Shown in pieces: positions 1 through 14,169 of a DNA stretch of 64,000 bases. The stretch is taken from assembly GCA_013265495.1 (NCBI GenBank), contig MU058540.1, positions 2,505,696-2,569,695 on the forward strand, in the 5' to 3' direction. Within the stretch, counting starts at the first letter, position 1, and each line of letters starts with the position of its first letter. The notes under the pieces were generated by a model that made no database searches, had not been told where the DNA came from, and was given only the letters and a program-made list of their open reading frames with translations. Both the position numbers and the translations under genes were made by a program. The DNA is from Vicugna vicugna (Eukaryota).

Positions 1-1040
1 CACACACTGCTTTGACCTGGTATCCTGAAGGCACAGGGTTCCCATGGGCTGGGTGCCTGGAGCATCATATGTGAAAGGAAAAGATGACCTGCACGTGTCC
101 TCCAGGAAGTTTGGAAGCTAATCTGGGGAGTAGGAAGCCCTGGCTGGTGAAACAGCTACAGCAACCATTTTTCAGCTAAGCACTTTAAACTCATTATTCT
201 CAGTCTCCCAATAGTCCAGGTGGGTTGGAGGTATTACCACATTATCATGTCTCTTTCACCCTGAAACTGAGCCTCAGAGAGTTTGAGTAACTTGTACAAG
301 GTCACGTGATTAGCGGAGGTAGGACTCTTATCTCAGCCTTACTCTCTGGCTGTTTTTTCATACACAGAAATACTAATGGCCGGGGCCTTCAAAGCCTGAT
401 TTTATTTTCTTGTTTATTTGCCAACAACGATTAGAAAGATTAGAATATCTAGCCAACATTTGTCAAGTCCTCACACGTTCCAGGCAACCTCTGGACATAC
501 TAGCACGTTTACTTCTCAGAAACCAAAAGGGTAGGTGCCCTTATTATCCCTGTGCTACAGGTGACGTTAAATGAGTGGTAAGAAGCAGAGCTTGGCAAAG
601 CCCACTTTCTTAACTCATCTACACCTTTGCTTCTTAATCAGTGATGTTTAATATATGATGCTAATAAATTATCATTATAATATTATCTAAAGCCTCTGCC
701 GAAATGGTGGCTCTTTCCTTGGTATTTCAGGGATGACAGGAAGGTCCTTCATCTGTTAAAAACCTAAACACCTTCTCACTAGTTTAGGGCTGCTTAGGGT
801 TGCACAAGTAGGGCTATATACCTTAAGCTGACAGCTTTGATCCTCAATAAAACAAGATATTCCCAAGTATTTTTCAATCTTTTGATGCTCAGGCCTGCTT
901 TTCACTCCATAAACAGCTCTGTCCCTCTCTGTAGTTCTTAAAAACAAGAGTTTTTCCCCAAAAGTAACATTCAGTCACACCTATTATGTATGACTCCACC
1001 ACTGTCACTATTTTACTAATTCTCTGAGGATTTTAGCTCC

Positions 1041-1701
1041 TGTTACTGAACCTGAATTTGGGTCCACTCAACTGACAGACAGCAAAGCTAATCAACTGAC
1101 ACCAGGTTGTAGTGAAGGAAAGGACAGTGTTTGTTGCAGGCACTGTGCAAGGAGAACGGGCAGCGAATGCTCAAAAGATCCAAACTCCCTGACGGTTTTC
1201 AGGAAAAGATTTTTAAAGGCAACATTAGGGGTGTGGATTGCAGGGTGCCTGATCAGCTTGAGGATATTCTTCTGATTGGTTGGTGATGAAGTAACAGGGT
1301 TATGTTGTTTCAGGAGTCAATGTCTTCAACCTCCTGGTCCCAACCAGCCTCAGGTGTTTTCATCAGCAGTTTTCATGGCAGGGAAGGAGGGGGGTAGGGG
1401 TCTGGTTTCTATAAAAACAACTTAGGAATGTGTGCCAGACCTTGTTATCTCTATCTTTCAGGGAGCTGGGAGTTCAGTGACTCTGCTGTGTGGCTGATTT
1501 ATAGTCTAAATTGTTACCAGTTTCCCAACCCAACAGCTATTCTTTGTTTCTGTGTGTTCACATTTCCTAATCGTTAACTCTTGAGCCAGCCTTCTGAGAC
1601 TGAGGGGAGGCTTGAAGCAAAGATTTTAATTCAAGAGATGGGGGACCTGGGAGGGGGGCTCCTACACCTGAGAGGGTCCTAAAGAGTCCTGCTCAGTTTC
1701 A
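1041..1701 (-). mobile_element. Solo ERV LTR (ERV1-like)
   Basis: TG...CA termini (tgttactgaa ... gtttca), near-matching 4-bp flanks ctcc/ttcc; family and strand judged by resemblance. Confidence 0.6.
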
Positions 1702-1719
1702 TTCCCAGCTCACTGTGCT

Positions 1720-2310
1720 CTCCCCAACTCATCCCAACATCCTGGTGCTTTCACCATCCACTTGCCTGATCCACTGACGCTCTGGCCTCCCTGTTCTTCA
1801 GCCTCCTTTTCCCCAGGGACCTCCCCCAGTGTGGGCTCTCTTCTCAGCTCCACACTCAAGCCCTGGACTCTCAAAAAGATCCCACGTTCAAACCTCTTTC
1901 TAGCTCCTCTCTTCAAGCCTTTTCTCCCATGGGCCCCATAGCCCACTGACTTCACCACCTTTCACTGTCCCCTTCAAATCCCTCCTCCCCTCCTTTCCCT
2001 GCCTCAATTCCATGGTTAGTTATTGCAGCTCCTCTCTTGTCTACACCCTCCACTCCCATACCTTGAGTCTGCTAGATAATACTCGGCAAAACTACAGCCC
2101 AGTTAAATCCAGCTCTCCATCAACTGCACCTGCTCTACCTTTTATTTCACTTGTTTACTTTTCTTGCTTCTGTCTGCCCCCATAGACCATCAGCCCCATG
2201 AGGGCAGGTACTGTGCCTTGGTCCCCTGCTCTGTCCTAGCATCAGAAGGGTGCCTGGTGCACTGCCCAGGCATATTCAGTGAATGTTCATGTTTGTTGAA
2301 TGAATTTCTT
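1720..2310 (-). mobile_element. L2 LINE fragments
   Basis: L2-like pyrimidine-rich sequence ending in the ttgttgaatgaat tail; strand uncertain. Confidence 0.5.
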
Positions 2311-2936
2311 TCAGCGTGTGGGGAAGGATCTGAGAGCTAGTTTATGGTAGTATCTGGGGGAAAAGTGGAGGATGGAAATCACGTTGTGTCCAAGTAGGGA
2401 TAGAGAAGGTGGAGGGGCAGGATGAGAGGATGAGGAAGACAAGCCAGAGACTCCTTAAGTTTGCCCAAGGAGAATGCTGCTATTCCTTTCTAATTGGCTC
2501 TTCTTGTTCTGGGAGGAGATCTTGAAAGAGTTCTTCATTCTCGAGCCCAAATTACAGAATTCTAAACCTTTACTAAACTATTATTTCCTACCATTCTTGG
2601 TTACTTAAGGCTTCCGAGAAGACATTTGGATGGCTGTGATTAGCACGGATATCTAAGGCCAGGAGTGACCTAACCAGTCACCTCCCACAACCCCTGAATT
2701 TACAAGCAGGGAATTGATGCCCAGAGAACAGAAGGACACATGAGTGCTGGTGGCAGAACCAGAGCTCGAACCCAGGCGTCTTGCCCTGCAGTCCTGGGTA
2801 CTCTGCTGCTGCCTGCTATGCGGCCCCACTCCACTGTTAATGTGCTGTCATTTGCCTGATTGTGCTTGAAAGAAGCAGAGAAAATGTTTTGTCTAACCCA
2901 CACTGAATACTCATGAAAAACTCTGTGAAAGAGATT

Positions 2937-3405
2937 TATCACCATTTTGGGTCCCTGGGCTCTTTAATCAATAGAAATTTATAAGAGGCCAGGCTAGGAA
3001 TTCAGGCAAGGCTTTACTGGGACTCCTGCTATAGCACAAGGGAGCAAAAACAAGTAACAGGTTCCCTTGCTGGCTCCCTGAGCCGCCGGGTGGGCTGGTT
3101 CCTTAAACAGGGTGAGGGTAGGGGTGGATCAGTGGGTCAGGCCAGAGGGGCGACTTAGGTGATCTGCCCCCTCCCTTGGTGGTGCTGTGTGTAGGGATCA
3201 TGTGCAGGGATCACCCTGCTTTTGCTCCTGGCATCTCAGAAGTGGCAGTTGGCTCGTGGCCTTTTTTTATATTATTGTTCATAATTTCCCTGACTGCTCA
3301 TGCATGTAGTTTTAGTTCCCTTATAGTTTCTTTGTATGCTATTGCTGGAGGAGACATTCAGGTGCAAGCACTGCAGTAAAGGGTCCCAGGTCCCAGCCTA
3401 TCTCA
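2937..3405 (-). mobile_element. Solo ERV LTR
   Basis: ta(tg)...ca termini flanked by an exact 4-bp repeat GATT (2933-2936 and 3406-3409). Confidence 0.6.
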
Positions 3406-4859
3406 GATTAAAGGATCTAGCGAGTCTCCAGCCAACCTGTATGATGGGCTTACAGTGGGACACACATTCCCTCATCTGATCCCCACAGCAGCCCCCTGAG
3501 GCAGGTGCTGTTTTACCCCCATTGTACAGAGAAGGAAACTGAGACACAGGAGGTTACACAACTACACACGTAGTTAGGCAGTGACAGAGCCTCTGTGTGA
3601 TTCAAGAGCCTCTGCTTATAACCTTGATGCTCTCGGTTCTTAAATGCCATACCGAAATGACTTTTCAATTTAAGCAAACTTTTTCCCCGGAAAGATTTGA
3701 GTCCTGTCAACAAAAAGCACTCTGACCCTCTGAAACAGGATGTGGTGTGACAAGGTAGGCACTGCTTGCTAAATTGGGTGCTGGTGGTATTTCAGCCCCA
3801 AGTCCGAAGGGGAAGTGCTAGAGGGCAGGGGAAGGGAAACTGATGCCTCGAGAGTCCCACTTGGTGCCAGGTGCTTTCTGTACATCAGCTCCGCTCAGTT
3901 CTCCCAATGGGCCTAGGCCATGGGGTCCCACAGCTAGTCGGTGGTAGAAGTGGAATTCAAACTATACACATGTTTTACTCTATCAAGAAGCTTCTCAAGG
4001 CTGTGTTATACAGGATGTGTTTGAACACCACAAATAAGGCATTTCTGGGTCATGAGCTTGGAATCTGAAGTAATCTCGGTAAGTCCCAGCTGAGGCTCTG
4101 ACCATTACATTCTTTCCTTCTTCTTATCACTTGAGAACTGAAAAATTCTGTACAGACTAGACTTTCCACTGAGATGGGTTAAAGAGTTTGAACCAACTAA
4201 TCACTAAGTTTTGACTCCAAAAAAGGATACAACTTATTCTTAAGTCAGATGCATTTTTTTAAAACTAAATTGTCCACAGGATCCCAAGTTTAGCATTTTT
4301 GTCTTTTTAAAGATCAGTGAACTAATGTGAGGTTTCTAAATAGTGGCAGCCCAATCTAATAGAAGGAACCATGGCGTGGGAGTCAGGACTCCTGGGTCTT
4401 GGGCCTGGCTCTGACTTGAGTGTGACCTTGAACAGTTTATCTCCCATTCTGCGCCTCAGCACCATGAAAATAAAGGGCTTGTGTCTGATGAGCTCTCTGT
4501 TCCCCTCTAGACCTCAAGTTCTAGGGTAGGACCATGGGCTCTGGACTCAGATACTGGAGTTCAAACCCCTGTGTCATCATTTACTAAGTAGTAAGTGAAC
4601 ATGTTGGACAAGCAGCTTAAGTACTCTGGAATGCAGTTTCTTCATATGTAAAACAGATTGATAATACCGCTTCACAGAGTTGCAAAGATGGAACGGGAAA
4701 ATTCCATAGTGCCCAGCACGAGCAGAAGATGCACCCAACATTGGTTAGATGCAGTAGTCATGAGAGTTCTTTATATGTTATTAAAAATCAGTAAAGAACC
4801 AGATCATAAAACGCTGAACTTCCACCAATAAATATTTATTGAACATATATTCTTCATTT

Positions 4860-5380
4860 GTGGTGAAACTTTGGGTTGGCTGCCCAAACCGTTCCCAGCC
4901 CCTTCTTAGCCATTTCCAACCACAGAGACTGGAAATCTGGATATCCTCTCTTCTAGCCTTGCTGGAAGCGGGGGGGTAGCTGTGTGATCTATGTTTTGAC
5001 CGTGAGAGATAAGCTATCAGGTGGCTTCTAGGGAAGCTTTTGTTCCCTGCTATAAGGGGCAGTCACCAGAGGAGAGCTCCCTGCTGCTGCCCCTTCTGGT
5101 TTTTTGTTTTTCTTTTTTCTGCCTTAAAAATAAATATATTATGTGAAGCAGTGGCAGACATCTTATGATCACAGACATAATCACAGGGAGGAAAAGCCAA
5201 GAAGCCAAACATGTCAGTATAAGGCTGGACAGAGCCTGGGTCCCGGATGACATTGAACAGAGAAACCAACCCCAGCAGCTGCTATCAGACTTCTCACTAT
5301 GTTAAAATGCAAACCCTGTTTGTTTAAGCCACTGTCATCTGGGCTTCCTGTTCTGTAGCTGAGCCCATCTTATCTCATAC
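4860..5380 (+). mobile_element. MaLR (MLT1-like) LTR
   Basis: tgtggtg start and the typical 3' end tgtttaagccactg...gctgag...tctcataca. Confidence 0.55.
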
Positions 5381-7394
5381 ATCATTCAACAAACATTTAT
5401 TAAGTTTCTACAAGTACTAGACACAATTCTAGCTATGAGGTTTACAAGGAGGAATGAGACATCTTTAAGGTTTTACAGCCTATGCAGGCAGACAGCCAAA
5501 CTATTTTTTTAATGCAATAAAAATATAAGAGGTGGTACAACTGAAATCTCTAAATGTTAGCCTGAGCACGTAAAGGAAGGGTAGACAATTCCTTCTAGAC
5601 TGAAAATCCTTTCAGAACAGTTTTTTTTTTAACCCATACATCTGTAGCACTTCTCTTAGCATACAGTTAATGCTCAATAAATATTTGTTGAAATTTGGCA
5701 ATTGTTATTGCTGCTCACCCAGCATGAAGGATGATCTCACTCCTATGCCTTTTCGAAGTTAGGTGTGGCTATGTGTCTTGCTTTGGCCAATGAAATGCTA
5801 GCAGATTTAATATAGGTCACCTTCAGGTGGAAGCAGGTAAAAGGCGGTGTGATCTCTGTGTTCTCCCTTCCCCCATGCTGTTTGTTGCTAGAACATAAAC
5901 CAGCCAAACCTGACTAGTATGGTGAATGAATCATTAATTAACTGAATGAATGAAAAAATAATGGCAGTGTTGGGAATGGATTAGAGGGGTGGGGAGACCC
6001 AAGGCAGAAGTTTGGGGCTGATACTAGTGGTTGCCTAATAGAAACTGCCCCTTCACCTTTCTCTCCTTCCTGCTGGCAGAGCCTGCTCCCACTATAGAGA
6101 TGGAAACTGTCAGACAATGGCTTTCCAAGCATCCATGGATATGTGACCCAGTGCTGGCCAGTGGACCCCAAGGGACAGTCTTCTGAAGAGCTTTCTGGAA
6201 AGAGCTTTTCTCCCAAACAAAAAGAACAGACTTTCCTCATTATTTAAATCACTCCAAATTGAGTTTTCTGTTACTCGCAGCCAGAAGCACCCTGGTAGAA
6301 CATTGATTGCTACAACGTGGCAGGAATCCATGTGAGAGATGAGGCTTAGTGAAAGGATAGAGAGGAAAGGATAGAGTTGAGGAAATCTCGGAAGCGAAAT
6401 CAATGGGACTTGGTGACTGACTGGGTGCAGGGTTGAGCTGCATGCTGTGTGGAATAAAAGAGGTTTAAAACCCAGTCACTGATGTCAAGGATCCTAGTGG
6501 GAGAGACACGTACTGACTAAAAACACCAACTGTACAAGGTAGCCTATGCCAAGGACCGATGTGTACCATAGGAATTGTGAGGAGGGAGGGCTGAGGAGTC
6601 AGCACAGGACTTGACAGATGGCTGACTTTGGGTTTGGATGAATAGAGAAGACGATGATAGTCTGGGCAGGCCCTTACCAATATATCTTAGACCAAATTTT
6701 ATAGCTGTTACTTTACAAATAGTCTTTGCCTTACACGTTTCATTTTTAACTTTATTTCAACCATTTCCACATATTGGATCAAAGGCAATAGAGGGACAGT
6801 TCAGTTCAATACCAAATATAATTTAAATGTAAGCATCATTTAAAATATGGCTACTTAATAAATCATTAGGTGGATACACTGTAGGCCATTTAACTATTTC
6901 CTTACTCTCAGCTACTCTGCATTTTTCAATGTTCAAATATTTAAAACCGTGCTGTGGCGAGCTTTTTTGGCTAGAGTGTTTCCTATGCCTTAGATTAGTT
7001 CCTTAGGATAAATTTCCAGAAGTGGAATAACTCATTCAAAGAAATGTTGAAAGCAGTGAGCCTCACCAAAGACACAACTACTACTATTCTCGATAAATAG
7101 CCAAATTGCTTTCCAGAACGGTTCTATCATTGCACTTGAGAATTTTGTTTAACATTAAAAATGTCACACTGACTTAAGAAGAACTTAGTATGTATTATGG
7201 CTGTTTTCACCTTGAAAGCTTAGCGCTCAGGATTGTCCTTTTCATCTTAAGTTCCTTAGAGTCAGGGTAACATGCTCCTGTTCTGAACTTACATGATCTG
7301 AATAAAGGGCTTAAATCGTAGGTATCTTTTTTTTTTAGTTTCTTTTTCTTTTCTTTAGAGATCTCACAATTTTTTTAAACCTCCACTTGTGCTT

Positions 7395-7518
7395 TGTTTT
7401 TTCTTGGAGGGGGGTGGTAATTAGGTTTATTTACTTATTTAATGGAGGTACAGGGGATTGAAACCAGGACCTTGTGCAGGCTAGGCATGCACTCTACCAC
7501 TGAGCTATACTCTCCCCT
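7395..7518 (-). mobile_element. tRNA-derived SINE, camelid Vic-1-like
   Basis: Reverse complement ggggagagtatagctcagtggtagag...ggtttcaatccc...aaacctaattacc with A/B boxes; same family as the copies at 9640 and 31085. Confidence 0.8.
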
Positions 7519-9639
7519 TAAATATCATTAATTGAGCTAGAAAGCAATATGTTTCCTCGTCTTTTCTAGAAACAAAACTCCAACCCTTCATCAAACAGCT
7601 AAACAAAATAACCATTAAGTAGCAAAGTAAATAGTCCAACATGATGAATTGCTTTTTAAACAATAAACTCTTAGGTTTAAATAATAATTAGGTTTCTTGA
7701 TAAATAAATGCTTCTGTTCTTTTCTCACTAATCCTGAACTACTTTCAATCACAGCCTAATCTCATCTTGGTCCTGATCCTCTGAATAGAATGGGCTATTC
7801 TAATTGGAGTTAGAATTAAAAAGTCCTTGCAGGGCTGATGTAAGGACCTATCTGGCTTCCCAGATCAGGAATCCAATATACTGGCTATAGAGTCTACTTA
7901 ACCCTCAGCTTTGGCCTCAGACCATCCCCACGCTCACCCCAGCACACACACATGGGCTGAGACCACTCTGGGCCCCAAATAAACAGACAGTGAGGGGCTG
8001 GCCATGTGAACTGAACTGTCATCTCTCTCCTTCTGAGGGACAGGACAGTCCTGGGCATGGAGAGAGGAGCACAGTCCTAGCAGAGACTGGAAAATGATAT
8101 TCAAAGGGATGAGCAGAGGCTCACCCCCAGTTTGGCTAGACAGCAAATCACTGCATCACTGAAAAACCACAAGAGTACCTGAACAATGAACCGGCAACCT
8201 TTTCCCCAAACTATAGGACTAATCAAAACTCAATATAGTAAGTTTCACGTTACTTCTCTGAATCTCATTTCCTCTTCTATAAACAGAGATTTAAAAACTC
8301 TAGCTCTCAGTATTGCTGTAAAAACCAAATGAGGTGATTATGTACATGAAGGTCTCTGAAAACAGATTAAGAAATTATTATTAGCCTTTTGTTTTCACTA
8401 ATAATACTGCAGCTAACATCTTTGTTGCAATTTATAGTTTACAGTGGTTCTCAAATTCTAATGTGCATATGAATCACTTGGGAGTCTTGTTAAAAATGTG
8501 AATCTTAAGATTCAGTAGGTCTGGGGCATAAGATGCTGCTGCTGGTTCATACAACACACTTTGAGTAATAAGGGTTTTCAGCCCTTTGTAAACATGAAAT
8601 TTTCTACTAGTCAATTCCTGACAGACTTCAAGTCACCAGTTTGGACAGTTGTTAGTATATCCCATACGTTATATGATGAAAAGTTGAGGTTTGAACTGAT
8701 TGCTGGAATAGACACCCCGGGTGGCCAAGTAAGCCTTGTCTCGGGTTTGACAAACTGTTCCCAGAAAGTAGGTTTCTCAGGAGAAATCCAAGGCCAATGG
8801 ATCTTTTCTTATAACCACAGCTAAAATTAAGGACCAGCGTTTTTCTCTGATAATTATTTAAACTAAACTAAGCTGAGGAAGTCGTGATTTTCATGGGTTT
8901 GCTGCTTTGCAGGCTGTGTACATCCCGGTGCTGGGGGGTGCCTCCTTCTAAAATTATTATCTCTTGAAAAAAGTTTAAAGTATGCCTTTTAAAAACTATT
9001 GAAAAGATAATGTAAAAGTATCAGTAAGGACCATTTTGGAAAAGGAAGTTTCCCCATAATCCCACCACACAATGGTTTTTATTGGTACAGTTCCTTTCCA
9101 GGTGCCACATTTTTATGTACTATATTTCTTTGATTCTAAAATACTATCAATGTTAAGACTCAGCATTGATTTAGTAAAAGCTTTTTAGGAGATAAAAAAA
9201 AAAACACCACAAGAAACTATTAAGAATGGCCATTGATTGTGAGATATATTCCAATATCAGAAACCATAAAATGTGGATTAAAATTATGCCTTAGACTTGA
9301 GGAATATAGTAGGAAAAAATACATTGATCTATTTTACCTTGCTACATACCAGGAAATATTTTTAATTATTTGATTTTTGAATCAGAAACACGCTCAACTG
9401 GTTCAACATTCAGAAGGTACAAAAGTGTTGTCAGTGACTTGTTCCCAGCTGTTCACCTTTCCATCCCCTCCCTAGAAGCCCCCATGTTTTCAATCTCTTG
9501 TGTGCCAGTCAAAGGTATTTTGTGCTTATAACTGCAAGTGAAGTCATATTCTTTGCTCCCTTTTCTTACACGAGTGGCATCATATCATACTCCTTTTCCA
9601 GAATCTTGCTTTTTCACTTGACGGAATATCATCAGTACA

Positions 9640-9805
9640 GGGGGAGGGGGTATAGCTCAAGTGATAGAGCACATGCTTAGCACACACAAGGTCCTAGGTT
9701 CAATTCCAAGTACCTCCTCTAAAAGTAAATAAGTAAACCTAACTACTTTCCCCCTCAAAAATTTTAAAAAAAAAAGTTAAGTTTAAAATTTGAAACAAAA
9801 CAAAA
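9640..9805 (+). mobile_element. tRNA-derived SINE, camelid Vic-1-like
   Basis: ggggagggggtatagctcaagtgatagagc...ggttcaattcc...aaacctaactac followed by an A-rich tail. Confidence 0.82.
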
Positions 9806-12019
9806 ATTTCATCAAGATTGAGCCACATCATGCCCAGACCATTTTGATTTCTTTTGTTTTTTCTATGATTACATTACAAGCATTTCTCTATCTTTTTATA
9901 CGGTCACTATAATTATTCTTCTCAATGACTGGTTTTGTGGGGTGACTGGGCCACAGTTTAATAACAACTCCCTGTTGTTGAGCATTTAGATTGTTTCCAG
10001 TGTTTGATTAAGACCAGGAACACATGATGACCACTTCGTCATTCAACATGTATTTATTTGACAATCATAAATTGCCATCCTCCTAGGTACCAAAGTGCCT
10101 TCCCCTACAGGGCTGACAGTCAAGCAGTGGGAGCCACCAGGGAAATACACGAGAACACAGAAGTGTCCCCATTCCCCCAAGGAGCCTCTGAGTATAATCT
10201 GGGCTCCCACAGGGGTAGAGGAGAGAAGAGCAAGGTGATGATGGATCCACCTACAAGCACTGGCCTGGCTGGTGTGAATGAACTAGTTGGTTACAGCTTA
10301 TTCATCAGGCTTGTGAGCCTGGCTAATGTGCATCCACCGCAGGTACACATCCAACCCCCACGTGCTGACCAAGTCACTGCCCAGGGTGTCAGCTGCCATG
10401 AATTTACAAAGGTTACAGTAAATAAAGAATTAAGTACTTTGTAAGTACTTACCATATGCCAGGACAACCCTCTAGGAAGTGTCCTCTAGGACAACTCTCT
10501 AAGTATTATTTTCCCATTTTATACATAAGAAAACTAAGGCACTGAGATGTTAAGTAAATTTCCAGAGTTGAAATCAACATAGTTGTGATCTGAACCCAGA
10601 CAGCCCGGCTCCCTGACCAGCTACACTGTACTGCCCTGAGAAAGGTAGTTGTACTCAACCCTGGGGCACATTTTGTCTTTGTTCTACAGATGCTGAACCA
10701 ATCCCTTTCCTTTCTTAAATATCAATAAGGGTAAACTCAGGATGCCTTTAATTCTCAATCATTGAGTGAGCATTTTCCTGGATTGAGCCTGGCATTTCTT
10801 CCAAGGATTGCTTGTCAGTACCTTTAAGGTGGGAGCCCTACTCCTCCCCTGGGGGAGGAGGTGTAGAGCCTCTTCCTACCCTGGAGCCAGATGGTACAAG
10901 GAGACTCAGAGCCTGTGGCAGCTCAGACTGCAGGACTCAGACAGCTGGTCTTGGGGCTGCAGGGACCTGGGCGAATCTAACTGGCTCAGACCCACCCCAA
11001 ACTTCTATCGTCTTCCCTCTGTCCCCTGACCCTACGCCCATCCCACAGACAACTTCACATTCCCTACTTCTCCCAACCACTTCTTCTTGGTTCTCAGATA
11101 ACTCCCTACTCTCCCGGCAAAGGCAAGCCTGGATCTCATCAACCAGCATGTTGCTGCCAGCGCTGTCCTGTATGTCTTCAGACCCAGCTGCAGAGCACAT
11201 GTAATCAAACCGCCCCGATGATGCCCAGTCTCCTGCCCCACTTCTGATAATTCGGTTTCTTCTCAGCTATTGGAATGAAAGGCCCTCTTCACCTCAGAAT
11301 ATTTCAAATGCCAAAACAAATAGCGACGTACAGCAAATGGTACCACCTACAACAATTCTTTGTTTACTGTAATGGGAGTAACACTGAAAACAGAAGAAGA
11401 GATTGGCAATGAAAAATGGGTTTCCCTCCCACCCTCAAACCCTGGTCCCCCTCCTCAGAAGTGGTCACCCTCAGTAATTTTGTTTCTGAAATTTTACATT
11501 CATACACATAGGGAATCTTTTTCCCCACTTTTTCAATATAAATGGTAGCATACTATACTTACTGTTTGGATCCTTGTTTTGTTTTTGTTTTTGTTTTTTT
11601 AATTTTAATTTTTCCTATTTACCAATATAGCTCGGAGAACTTTCCACATGAGCACATCCAGTTCTCTCTTATTCCTTTATGTGGCTACATAGAATTACAT
11701 TATATGGTAAATTAATATATACACCGTAATTAATTTAACTAGCTTTCCCCTGATAGATACTTAGGTTACTTCTAGATTTTTGCTATTATGATTGGTGCTG
11801 TATTTAATAACCCTGTACATATATTTTGGGGGGGGGAGGCCTGCTGTGAGTATTTCTGCAGGACAAACTCCTACAAGAATTTATTTTATAAGAGATGGCA
11901 CCAAACTGCCCACCAGATCACAGTTTTTCAATAGACTGAACGAATAGCTTAGTCTTGATGGTTTAATCATTTAAAATAACTGAGACTCTGTTTTATATGA
12001 GAGGACATCATTATGACTT

Positions 12020-13570
12020 TAAGACATAAGACATAAGCCATAAAGGAAAAGAATGATACATTTTACTACATTAAAATTTTAAACTTCTGTACTATAGAGA
12101 CATTATAAAAAAGTTAAAAGACAAGCCACAAACTGGGAGAGAATATTTACAGTGCATTCAGTGGAGCTAATATTAGTGTGAACTTTTACACATTATTAAC
12201 AAAAGGCAAACCCTGCCCTCACGCCAGTGGGGAAAGGCTAAGAATAAGCAATTCAGAGAGGAGGATCCTGGAAGGACAATGAATGTGTGAGATGATAATT
12301 AGCTTCATAAATAATCAGGAAAATATCAGTGAAACAAGATCATATTTTACACCCCTCAGGTTGGCAACATTTTAAAAATCTGGTAATACCAAGAGAAGGG
12401 AAGCAGTTAGATCTCTTATTGCCTGGGGGTGTAAAATGGCACAACCACTCCAGAGAGCAATTTGGCAACACCTAGTCAAATTGAAGAAGTGCTCTGTTTT
12501 CCTATATTTTCCTGTTGTGTGTATTCTCGATGCTTTGGCACTTGTGGCTTCCCTGGCTGGGAGAGACCACCCCTCCCAGGGCTAGCCAATTCTTAGCTAT
12601 AGCAAAGGGCTGAAAGCACCCCTTTCATAGCAAAGTAACTGATGCAGAGCCCATGCTCTGAACAACCTCCTCTGTCTGGATCTTACACTCCAGGAAGCCA
12701 TATTTCTCTGCCCTAATCACTCAGGGCTAGGTACTAGACACCTAGAGACCATTTTCTATAGTCCAGAGCCTGCTGGCACTTTAAACCAGCCAATCCTAAG
12801 CTGTTTCTCCTGCCCTGCCTTGCCTTTCTTGCAGAAATCATAACCAAGTTTCTGGGTCATGCTTTCCCCTCATCTTCCTCCTAACCAAGCCTGGTGCTTC
12901 CCCACGTAGGCCTGCATGGCATGGCATGCCCCTTGTCTCCAGGATGTAAGTAATACAGTTTTTTTATTGGCATTAGCCTCTTTATGTCCTCATTCAGTCA
13001 CTTCCATAAACTAAAATCCCATAGATACAATTGATACCCCCACATTATGTGACCTGAGAAGTTCCCATATGATGTAAAGGAAGATGTATAAAAGGGTACT
13101 CACTGCATAGTAAAACACTGGAAACAACCTGAATTGTCCATCAGCAAGAGACTGATGAATATGTTGTCCCATGGTCATATCCTATATGAATTGGTTACCA
13201 AAAGCAGTAACATGGAAAAGACTAGAACCATGTATTCCAATGCTGGATGAAAACAGCAAATTGCAGAATAGGTCAATGTATTTGCCTATGTGAAATTTTT
13301 AAATATTTATAAAATAATGCTATCTATTGTTTATAAAACATTCATATAATAAAAATATAAAAACATGGGAGGGAGAGTGGGGGTAAAATTAGGAAAGTGT
13401 TCAAAGGAGGTTTCACCTCTATCTGTGATGTTTCATTTCTTTAAAACCAAACAAATATTTGTCCAAGATGTGATGGAATGTTAAGATTGGTTCAGTCTGC
13501 CTGGTAGGTACATGGACATTTGCTGTTCTCTTTTTGATACTTCAATTCATGTTTGAGCTGTTTCATAATG
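12020..13570 (+). mobile_element. Old L1M 3' fragment interrupted by an LTR
   Basis: L1 ORF2/3' motifs (attaaaattttaaacttctg, acaagccacaaactgggaga, ctggaaacaacctgaattgtccatca) on both sides of about 12495-13038. Confidence 0.65.
12495..13038 (+). mobile_element. ERV-type LTR nested in the L1
   Basis: Abrupt break in L1 homology; LTR-like sequence with ccaat motifs; ends approximate. Confidence 0.55.
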
Positions 13571-14169
13571 ATAAGAAGATATGATTTAGGCTACATAAAT
13601 GACCCCAAGGTCATATAAAAGAACAACATGACAGGATGCCAATAAGTTCTGTCCCCATCTCAACAGTGTCAAGTTTTCTCTTTTCTCCTTAAGTCTTTTT
13701 TTTTTAATTTTTGACTTTTTTAGGAAAGGTGTAGTCATTTGCACCCCACAGAGGATATAGCTATGTACTGATCAAGTATTCAAAATTTAAGTCACAGACC
13801 TTAAAAGGCAAGTGCTATTTCAGAGGACTGTTCAATTAGTTTGCAGAGCCCCACTTGTTTTTCAGGAGGAATAAGGAAGAATATTCTGTTCTATTCTAAG
13901 TATTTTTAGAATATTCTAAAAAAAATTCGATTTATTCTAACAAAAGTAGTAGTTGGTAAACAATTTCTGAAAGGTATAATGAAGTTTTTCTGAAATTTTC
14001 AGATTAAAATTTTCATAATTTTCATGAATCAGAATTATTTCAACTATAATAACAAACTGTCTATATCGTAAAGTATTTCTTTTGTTTTTACTAAAAGCAA
14101 AGGGCATGTTTTTAATTTGTTCTTCTCAAGATAATATTTCTGCATCTTACTGGAAATGTTTAATAGTCC

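Noticed and set aside
822..936. RasGEF-like text (LSIKRLKNTWE) in one - strand frame, plus YRDY...PEMPYL near 4030-4090
   Set aside because: Both frames contain stops, the motif order is the reverse of CDC25 domains, and a different frame of 822-936 is fully open; probably chance
9640..9720. tRNA-like sequence with A and B boxes
   Set aside because: Three diverged copies share a non-tRNA tail, so these are SINEs rather than tRNA genes
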